Positions 43,015 to 49,299 of a DNA stretch of 49,299 nt are shown here, one piece after another. The notes under the pieces were generated by a model, which was not told the DNA's origin, did not search any database, and saw only the letters and a program-made list of their open reading frames with translations. Positions within the stretch are counted from its first letter, which is position 1. Each line of letters starts with the position of its first letter. The stretch is from Thermoplasmata archaeon (GTDB taxonomy: Archaea > Thermoplasmatota > Thermoplasmata > Lutacidiplasmatales > UBA184): assembly GCA_030037855.1 (NCBI GenBank), contig JASHPY010000122.1, positions 1-49,299 of the forward strand, in the 5' to 3' direction. A program made the position numbers and the translations under genes.

Positions 43015-43878
43015 ATGGGTGGTAGCCATCGTACGGGCCCCCGGCGACGGGGCCGCGGGGGCTCGTCCCCGCATCCCTCCGGGGATCGGGTACTAGTCCT
43101 TCCGGGCGAGGAGATCCCGAGCCAGGGCTTGAAGCCCGGGCCCGGTACTTACCGCGTCGGCGGCAAGGTCTACGCGAGCATTCTCGGGCTGCTGTCCCCC
43201 CGTCCTCCGTTCGTCCAGGTGATCCCGCTCTCGGGGCGGTACATTCCGAAGCCGAACGACGTCGTCATCGGCACGGTAACGGACGTCCAGGGAACGTTCT
43301 GGCTCCTCGACATCGGCGCCCCGCGCTGGGCGCCCCTCCACATGACCGGCACGCCGTGGAAGGTGGATGTCGGGGAGACCGAGCGCTACCTGCGGGTCGG
43401 CGAGTCGGTCGTTGTGCGCGTGGAGAACCTCGACCCGACGGGTCGGATCGGCGTGACGATGCTCGGCGAGGGGCTCGGAAAGCTCGAAGGCGGGTCGATC
43501 GTGCACGTCTCGCCCGCTCGCGTTCCGCGCGTCGTCGGGCGGAACGGCTCGATGATCGAGACGATCACGCGGCATACGGGAGCCCAGGTCGCGGTCGGCC
43601 AGAACGGCCGGATCTGGGTCGACGGCGCCCCCGAGGCGATCCACCGGGTCCGGGAGGCGCTCCGAATGATCTCGGAGGACGGACAGCGCCGGGGTCTTAC
43701 CGAGCGGGTCGACAGCTACCTCAAGTCGACCAGCCGGTCGCGCGACGAAGGGGTCGAGGAGCCCCCGCGGGAGCACGCGCACCGAGACGCGCCCGCGCAG
43801 GACTTCGCGTCGTCCCCTCCGCCGACGGACTCGGGCGAGGGCCCGGACGACGAGCGGTTCGACGGCGAGAACAACTAG
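43015..43878 (+). CDS. rrp4: Exosome complex RNA-binding subunit Rrp4 (S1 + KH)
   Basis: The S1 region reads YIPKPNDVVIGTVTDVQGTFWLLDIG. The KH region reads VPRVVGRNGSMIETITRHTGAQVAVGQNGRIWV. Confidence 0.9.
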   Translation: MGGSHRTGPRRRGRGGSSPHPSGDRVLVLPGEEIPSQGLKPGPGTYRVGGKVYASILGLLSPRPPFVQVIPLSGRYIPKPNDVVIGTVTDVQGTFWLLDIGAPRWAPLHMTGTPWKVDVGETERYLRVGESVVVRVENLDPTGRIGVTMLGEGLGKLEGGSIVHVSPARVPRVVGRNGSMIETITRHTGAQVAVGQNGRIWVDGAPEAIHRVREALRMISEDGQRRGLTERVDSYLKSTSRSRDEGVEEPPREHAHRDAPAQDFASSPPPTDSGEGPDDERFDGENN

Positions 43879-43898
43879 AGTTCCAGGAGTGAAGCAAC

Positions 43899-44651
43899 AT
43901 GGGAAGCGTAGGAGCGAAGGACGTCCCGGTCCTCCTGAGCCCGGAAGGGCTCCGGGTCGACGGGCGACGCGTGAACGAGTTGCGGCCGATCAAGATCACG
44001 GCCGGGGCGCTGAAGCACGCCGACGGTTCGGCGTTCGTCGAGTGGGGGCAGAACAAGGTGATGGCCGCGGTCTACGGACCGCGCGAGGTCCATCCCCGCC
44101 ACCTCCAGCAGAACACGAAGGCCGTCATTCAGTGCAAGTACAACATGGCCGCGTTCTCGGTGGACGAGCGGAAACGCCCGGGCCTCGACCGACGGTCCCA
44201 GGAGATCTCGAAGGTCATCGCCGAGGCGTTCGAGTCGGTCGTCTTCGCCGAGGAGTTCCCTCGTACGAGCATCGACATCTACATCGAGGTCCTTCAGGCG
44301 AACGCGGGCACGCGCTGCGCGGGCCTCGTCGCGGCGTCCGTGGCGCTCGCCGACGCGGGCATCCCGATGGCCGACCTCCTGCCGGCGGTCGCGGTCGGTA
44401 AGGCGGGCGGCGCGATCATCCTCGACCTCAAGAAAGAGGAGGACAACTTCGGCGAAGCCGACCTCCCGATGGCGCTCGTCCCGCAGTCGGGCCGCCTCGT
44501 GCTCCTCCAGATGGAGGGTCACATGACGCGTGACGAGCTCGCGACCGCCCTCGACCTGGGGGTCCAGGGCTGCCGGGGCATCTACGAGGTCATGAAGCAG
44601 GCGCTCCGGGACCGCTATTCGGTCGCGCCGGCGGCGGAGGCGGGCGCATGA
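43899..44651 (+). CDS. rrp41: Exosome complex exonuclease Rrp41 (RNase PH domain)
   Basis: The motif [46 protein letters not shown] is present. Confidence 0.95.
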   Translation: MGSVGAKDVPVLLSPEGLRVDGRRVNELRPIKITAGALKHADGSAFVEWGQNKVMAAVYGPREVHPRHLQQNTKAVIQCKYNMAAFSVDERKRPGLDRRSQEISKVIAEAFESVVFAEEFPRTSIDIYIEVLQANAGTRCAGLVAASVALADAGIPMADLLPAVAVGKAGGAIILDLKKEEDNFGEADLPMALVPQSGRLVLLQMEGHMTRDELATALDLGVQGCRGIYEVMKQALRDRYSVAPAAEAGA

Positions 44652-45436
44652 GCGAGGAGGTCACCGCCGAGATCCTCACGACGCACGTCCTCGACCTCGC
44701 GGCGCACGGAAAGCGCCTGGACGATCGCGGACCGGACGAGTATCGCAAGATCACGGTCGAGCCCGGATTCGTCACGACCGCGGACGGCTCGGCGCTCGTG
44801 CGGATCGGGGACACCGCGGTGCTCTGCGGGATCAAGCTCGAGCCCGGGAAGCCGTTCGCGGACACCCCGAACGCCGGGGTCCTCACGACCAACGCCGAAC
44901 TGATCCCGCTCTCGAGCCCGGTCTTCGAGCCGGGACCTCCGCAGCCGGGCGCGATCGAGGTCTCCCGCGTGGTCGACCGCGCGATCCGCGCGGCCGAGAC
45001 GATCGACCTCACCCGCCTATGCGTGACGCCCGGCGAGAAGAGCTGGGTCTGCTACGTCGACATCCACGTCCTCGACCACGGCGGGAACCTGATCGACGCC
45101 GCGCAGCTCGCCGCGCTCGGCGCGCTCACCCACGCCACGATGCCCGCGAAGCGGTTCGGGATCGCGGAGGCCGACTACCCGCTCGAGGTCGTTCACTACC
45201 CCGTCGAGTGCACGTTCGTGCGACTCGGCGAGGCGATCGTCGTCGACCCGACGTTCGACGAGGAGCGCGCCGCCCAGGGGCGGGTCACGGTCGCGACCGA
45301 CGAGACCGGTCGGATCGTCGCGATGCAGAAGGGCCTCGTGGGCGCGTTCTCCCCCGACGACATCAAGACGACGGTCGAGCGCGCGTTCCACCACGGGGAG
45401 CGCATGCGCGCGATCGCGCGCGGGGTCGGCGCATGA
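44648..45436 (+). CDS. rrp42: Exosome complex subunit Rrp42 (RNase PH-like)
   Basis: The sequence [43 protein letters not shown] is present. It has an ATGA overlap with rrp41. Confidence 0.9.
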   Translation: MSEEVTAEILTTHVLDLAAHGKRLDDRGPDEYRKITVEPGFVTTADGSALVRIGDTAVLCGIKLEPGKPFADTPNAGVLTTNAELIPLSSPVFEPGPPQPGAIEVSRVVDRAIRAAETIDLTRLCVTPGEKSWVCYVDIHVLDHGGNLIDAAQLAALGALTHATMPAKRFGIAEADYPLEVVHYPVECTFVRLGEAIVVDPTFDEERAAQGRVTVATDETGRIVAMQKGLVGAFSPDDIKTTVERAFHHGERMRAIARGVGA

Positions 45437-45702
45437 GCAAGCGCACGAAGAAGGTCGGTGCGACCGGCTGGATGGGGCCCCGCTACGGGATCCGCATCCG
45501 CCGCCGGGTGCTCGAGATCGACCGGAACCGGGGGAAGGCAGCGGCGTGCCCGCGGTGCTCGACGGTCACGCTCCACCGCGTCGCGAGCGGCATCTTCGAG
45601 TGCCGACGCTGCGGGACGCGCTACGCGTCCAACGCCTACGTCTTCCAGGCGCCGCCGGCGATCACCCGGGCGACCAAGGTCGCCGGGGCCGACAACGCTT
45701 AA
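45433..45702 (+). CDS. rpl37ae: 50S ribosomal protein L37Ae (eL43)
   Basis: The sequence is [18 protein letters not shown] with a CPRC...CRRC zinc ribbon. Length is 89 aa. It has an ATGA overlap with rrp42. Confidence 0.9.
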   Translation: MSKRTKKVGATGWMGPRYGIRIRRRVLEIDRNRGKAAACPRCSTVTLHRVASGIFECRRCGTRYASNAYVFQAPPAITRATKVAGADNA

Positions 45703-45729
45703 TCGAGACGCGCGGCTCGGGAAAGGCAC

Positions 45730-45864
45730 ATGTTCCGATGTATCCGCTGCGGGGAGGCGCTCCCCTCGGACGCGAACCTCTTCGGCGTCCGGTGCGACAA
45801 CTGCGGGGGAAAGATCTTCACCAAGGAGCACCCGAACGTCAAGAAGGTGCTGAAGGCCCGCTGA
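45730..45864 (+). CDS. rpoP: DNA-directed RNA polymerase subunit P (Rpo12/RpoP), 44 aa, absent from the ORF track
   Basis: My translation is MFRCIRCGEALPSDANLFGVRCDNCGGKIFTKEHPNVKKVLKAR. It has a CxxC...CxxC zinc ribbon and sits in the conserved position after L37Ae. Confidence 0.8.
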   Translation: MFRCIRCGEALPSDANLFGVRCDNCGGKIFTKEHPNVKKVLKAR

Positions 45865-46255
45865 CCGCGGGCGCGACCGGACTCTCGATCTCCACCCAGT
45901 TCCCGTCCGGGTCCTCCACGAACCCGATCCAGTATCGCCCGGCCTCGAGCCACGGCTCGATCGCGACCTTCGCCCCCATCGCGCGGAGCTTCTCGATGGT
46001 CGCGCGCGCGTCCGCGACGTCGAACCCGAGATGGTCGAGGCCCTCGCCGGGGGTGTACGGGACGGCGAACCGGGAGTCGCTCGGGTAGAGGTTCAGCTCG
46101 AGCTCGGCGTGCGACTCGGGGTCGCGGAGGCCGACGAACGTGCCCCCGTGGCTCATCGTCCCTCGCCCCTTCTCGACCAGGCCGAGGCCCTCGCAGTAGA
46201 ACCGGATCGAGCGGGAGAGGTCCGTGACGCGGAGGCCCGTGTACGTGAGACTCAT
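45839..46255 (-). CDS. VOC-family (glyoxalase fold) protein, paralog of 3844..4245
   Basis: The sequence is MSLTYTGLRVTDLSRSIRFYCEGLGL...LDHLGFDVAD...DPDGNWVEIE. The start is the internal ATG (M71 of the track ORF). Confidence 0.8.
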   Translation of the reverse strand: MSLTYTGLRVTDLSRSIRFYCEGLGLVEKGRGTMSHGGTFVGLRDPESHAELELNLYPSDSRFAVPYTPGEGLDHLGFDVADARATIEKLRAMGAKVAIEPWLEAGRYWIGFVEDPDGNWVEIESPVAPAVSGPSAPS

Positions 46256-46409
46256 CGACCGACCGCCGCGAGCGCCACGCGGTCGTAAGCGTTGCCGGGG
46301 GCCGGCCCCGGGACGGTCGGCGTCCCGAGGCGGGCGGCGCCTCCTCGACTCGGCCGCGGCCCCGGAATCCGGCCCACCAGCCTTTATCCGACGGCCCCGT
46401 CGGCCGCCC

Positions 46410-47759
46410 GTGACGACGCCGACCGTCACCTTCCTCGGCGGAGTGCGCGAGATCGGCGGCAACAAGATCCTCGTGGAGGACGGACCGGACCGGATCCTGT
46501 TCGACTTCGGTCCGTCGTTCTCTCCGCGCCTGGAGCAGTTCTACGTCGACTTTCTCCAGCCCCGGACGGCGAGCCCCGTGCAGGACCTCCTCGAGTTCGA
46601 CCTTCTCCCGCGGATCGAGGGGCTCTACGCTCGCGAAGCGCTCACCGACTCGGACATCGCTTATCGGGCTCCCGAGGTGCACGGCGTGTTCATCTCGCAC
46701 GCCCACGCCGACCACGCGGGGTACCTGAAGCTCATCGACCCGGAGATCCCGGTGCACGTCGGTCCGGGCACGCGACGGCTTCTCGCCGCGATCGACGCGA
46801 CGTCTCCTTCGATGAAGTACGGCGACCACCGATGGACGACCTTCGAGGACCGGGTCCCGATCCGCATCGGTCGGCTCGAGGTCGTGCCGTACCCCGTCGA
46901 CCACTCGATCCCGTTCGCCTACGGTTTCCTGATCCGGACCTCCGAGGGGACGATCGCCTATACCGGCGATTTCCGGCAGCACGGCCCCCGGGCCGCGGAC
47001 ACGCACGCGTTCCTCGAGGCCGCGGCGGCCGAGAAGCCCGTCGGGCTGATCATCGAGGGGACCCGAGCCGGACCGGACCCGCGACGCGACCTCAGCGAAG
47101 GCGACGTGCGCGGGGGCGTCGACCGGATCCTCGAGAAGTCGGACTCCCTGGCGGTCGCGTGTACCTACCCGCGGGACGTCGACCGGTTGCGGACGCTCTA
47201 CGAGGCGGCGCGGGCCGCGGGGCGCGACCTGCTCGTCTCGCCTCGGACCGCCTACCTTTTCGACCAGATCGCCCCGCTCTTTCCCGCCGGCACGGTGCCG
47301 ACCGTCGGTCGTACGCCCGGTCTCTCGGTGTACGCGCGCAAGCGACGACGGACCTTCCGCTGGGAGGAGCCGTACCTGGCGGAGGCGCTCGGTGCGGAGG
47401 CGGTCCGGGCGCGCGGGCGCGGGTGCCTCCTCGCGCTCGACCAAATGCACTTCCCGGAGCTGATCGACCTGCGGCCGCCGGCGGGCAGTCCGTTCATCCA
47501 CTCGATGAGCGAACCGTTCTCGGAGGACGACGTGGAGGACCAGGTCCTCCACAACTGGCTCGAGCACTTCGGGCTCGCCTTCCACCAGATGCACGCGAGC
47601 GGCCACGCTTCCGGCCCCGAGCTTCTCGATATCGTTCGCGCGACCGGCGCCGCGCGGGTCTACCCGATCCACACCGAGCATCCCGAAGCGTTCCGGAAAG
47701 CGGGCTCGGCCGTCCGCCTCCCCGAGCTCGGGACCGCGTACCCGATCGAACGCCCGTGA
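46410..47759 (+). CDS. MBL-fold/beta-CASP ribonuclease, archaeal RNase J-like
   Basis: The N-terminus VTFLGGVREIGGNKILVEDGPDRILFDFG and the metal motif ISHAHADHAG are present, along with C-terminal HASGHAS. The start is GTG at V63 of the track ORF. Confidence 0.7.
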   Translation: MTTPTVTFLGGVREIGGNKILVEDGPDRILFDFGPSFSPRLEQFYVDFLQPRTASPVQDLLEFDLLPRIEGLYAREALTDSDIAYRAPEVHGVFISHAHADHAGYLKLIDPEIPVHVGPGTRRLLAAIDATSPSMKYGDHRWTTFEDRVPIRIGRLEVVPYPVDHSIPFAYGFLIRTSEGTIAYTGDFRQHGPRAADTHAFLEAAAAEKPVGLIIEGTRAGPDPRRDLSEGDVRGGVDRILEKSDSLAVACTYPRDVDRLRTLYEAARAAGRDLLVSPRTAYLFDQIAPLFPAGTVPTVGRTPGLSVYARKRRRTFRWEEPYLAEALGAEAVRARGRGCLLALDQMHFPELIDLRPPAGSPFIHSMSEPFSEDDVEDQVLHNWLEHFGLAFHQMHASGHASGPELLDIVRATGAARVYPIHTEHPEAFRKAGSAVRLPELGTAYPIERP

Positions 47760-47805
47760 CCCCGTCGCAGAGGGATTAAGCGGCGGCGCCCCTCTCGGCG
47801 CGAGC

Positions 47806-48522
47806 GTGACGGACGAGCGGCTCGCGACGGGCGTCGCGTCGGTCGACCGACTGCTCGGGGGCGGGCTCGAGGCCGACTGCGTCACCGAGATCTACGGGGA
47901 GGGCGGCAGCGGCAAGACGCTGTTCTGCCTCGAGGTCGCGACGCGGGTCGCGCGCGAGGGCCGCTGGGTGTTCTACATCGACACCGAGGGCGTGAGCGTG
48001 GACCGACTGCGGGCGATGGCCGGCGACGACCTCGAGCGGATCCTCAAGCGCTTCCTTCTCTCGACCCCGAAGAGCCTCGAGGAGCAGGGCCGGGCGGTCG
48101 CGACCGCCTGCGCGCTCGCGCGGGAGGGGAAGCGACCGGTCGGCCTGGTCGTCGTCGACTCGGCCACGTTCTACTACCGGCTCTCGCTCTCCGGCTCCGA
48201 CGAGGACGACGCGCGCCAGGCGCTGAGCCTCGAGCTCGCGGACCTGGTCGTGACCGCGCTCGCCGCGCACGTGCCGGTGCTGATCACGAACCAGGTGTGG
48301 CGCAACGTCCGGGACGGTACGCTCGAGCCGCTCGGCGGGTCGTTCGTTAACCATGCGGCGAAGACGATCCTCCGGCTCGACCGGCTCCCGGGCCCTCGGC
48401 GTCGCGCCGTGCTCATCAAGCACCGAGCGCTTCCCGAAGGCACCGCCGAGTTCCGCATCACCGTCCGGGGGCTCGAGGGACCCGTTCCCTCGGAGCGTTC
48501 CACGGTCCCTCCCTCCCCGTGA
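47806..48522 (+). CDS. radB: DNA repair and recombination protein RadB
   Basis: The motifs VDRLLGGGLE..VTEIYGEGGSGKT (Walker A) and VVVDSAT (Walker B) are present. Length is 238 aa, with no RadA N-terminal domain. Confidence 0.88.
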   Translation: MTDERLATGVASVDRLLGGGLEADCVTEIYGEGGSGKTLFCLEVATRVAREGRWVFYIDTEGVSVDRLRAMAGDDLERILKRFLLSTPKSLEEQGRAVATACALAREGKRPVGLVVVDSATFYYRLSLSGSDEDDARQALSLELADLVVTALAAHVPVLITNQVWRNVRDGTLEPLGGSFVNHAAKTILRLDRLPGPRRRAVLIKHRALPEGTAEFRITVRGLEGPVPSERSTVPPSP

Positions 48523-49151
48523 CTGGAACCCAGATAAACCGGGACGACCTGCGAAACGGGATGACGGAGCCGGTCGAGTTCGCGGACGTTCCGACGCAGA
48601 TCGGCACCTTCCGCATCGCCTACCAGGGGTCGACCGTGCGGGTGGTCGACCTCTTGGAGCAGGGACGCAAGCAGACGGGCACCCCCATCGGGGCCGTCCG
48701 GCGGAAGCCGCCGTTCCCGGCGGCGAGCCCCCCCCGGCAGCTCCAGGAGTACTTCCGTGGGCACCGCGCGGCGTTCGACCTCGACGTCGATCCGGACACC
48801 ACTTCGGACTTCGACCGGAAGGTCTGGAAGATCCTCCGGGCCGTTCCGGCCGGGAGAACGATCAGCTATTCGGAGCTCGCCCGGCGGTCGGGCCACGCCG
48901 GCTCGGCCCGCGCCGTCGGAGGCGCGATGGCGCGAAACCCCATCCCGATCGTGATCCCCTGCCACCGCGTCGTGGGTACCGAGGGCTCGATCACGGGCTT
49001 CGGCCTCGGGCTGTGGCGAAAGCGCTGGCTCCTCGACCTCGAGGGAGCGTGGCCGATTCGGTCCCGGTCCGCCGAAGGACCGAGCCATCGGGGCCAGCGG
49101 ACCCTGGACGAACTCGACGACGCGTCCGAGCGACGACCCCGGGCGCATTAG
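48519..49151 (+). CDS. ogt: Methylated-DNA--protein-cysteine methyltransferase
   Basis: The active site IPCHRVV is present, along with SYSELA...ARAVGGAMARNP. The GTG start overlaps the radB stop (GTGA). Confidence 0.9.
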   Translation: MTGTQINRDDLRNGMTEPVEFADVPTQIGTFRIAYQGSTVRVVDLLEQGRKQTGTPIGAVRRKPPFPAASPPRQLQEYFRGHRAAFDLDVDPDTTSDFDRKVWKILRAVPAGRTISYSELARRSGHAGSARAVGGAMARNPIPIVIPCHRVVGTEGSITGFGLGLWRKRWLLDLEGAWPIRSRSAEGPSHRGQRTLDELDDASERRPRAH

Positions 49152-49270
49152 CTACTACTCATTGTAGTAGCTAGTTCGGGTTCAAGCTACGTGCCCCGTA
49201 GTAGCTTACCGACGAACATACTACACACCGTAGTAGGTTGTCGAAACTACCTACTACCGATTGTAGTAGG
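49149..49270. promoter_or_regulatory. Array of phased CTACTAC-N5-GTAGTAG palindromes in an AT-rich island (putative operator or iteron array)
   Basis: Three good palindromes are read directly from the sequence. They are 49149..49173 (TAGCTACTAC-TCATT-GTAGTAGCTA), 49218..49236 (ATACTAC-ACACC-GTAGTAG) and 49250..49270 (CCTACTAC-CGATT-GTAGTAGG). A degenerate copy lies at 49184..49207. An ATG follows at 49271. Confidence 0.55.
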
Positions 49271-49299
49271 ATGGCGTCCTCGGAACGGCTCCGAGCTCA

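Noticed and set aside
49149-49173. Interpreting the first palindrome as nothing more than the ogt transcription terminator.
   Set aside because: The same half-site recurs six more times downstream with fixed N5 spacing and 33-bp phasing, which a simple terminator does not explain. A dual role remains possible.
1-49299. CRISPR arrays, cas genes, transposases, integrases, toxin-antitoxin pairs, restriction-modification or other recognisable defence or mobile modules.
   Set aside because: I saw no regularly spaced direct repeats and no ORFs with the corresponding motifs. The only repeat cluster is the palindrome array at 49149..49270, which lacks CRISPR-like unique spacers of constant length.

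Overview
Very GC-rich archaeal chromosomal segment that is densely coding, with many GTG starts and 4-nt ATGA/GTGA start-stop overlaps. The archaeal origin is shown by the psmA-SBDS-rrp4-rrp41-rrp42-L37Ae-rpoP superoperon, radB, trm1, cobY/cbiZ and an intron-containing tRNA-Trp. I see no CRISPR array, transposase, integrase or prophage module. Roughly 6.0-18.6 kb is a corrinoid (B12) salvage, remodelling and nucleotide-loop island: cbiB, Thr-P decarboxylase, cobT, cobS, cobY, cbiZ, bluB, cobQ, cobA and a BtuFCD-like importer. No corrin-ring synthesis genes are visible in this window. The rest is housekeeping: uvrB, an Lhr-type helicase, purQ, moeA, glyS, RNase J-like, ogt, transporters and small enzymes. 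The most interesting items are listed here. (1) An uncharacterised ~150-aa 'HVVCGGG(S/T)G' domain occurs twice in the corrinoid-uptake operon, once free-standing and once fused to the C-terminus of the BtuD-like ATPase. (2) An AT-rich island at the right edge carries helically phased CTACTAC-N5-GTAGTAG palindromes directly abutting an ATG. (3) tRNA-Trp(CCA) has a 90-nt intron with two alternative pairings for the anticodon loop. (4) A ~540-bp ORF-poor, hairpin-dense gap lies between the HAD hydrolase gene and uvrB. (5) Several conserved-looking hypothetical genes are present: a coiled-coil protein coupled to a P-loop kinase, a degenerate TraB-like protein coupled to an HTH regulator, and a wHTH regulator next to the importer. 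Many long Arg/Pro/Gly-rich ORFs in the track are out-of-frame or antisense shadows of real genes. All functional calls come from motif and family recognition by eye; no database search was run.
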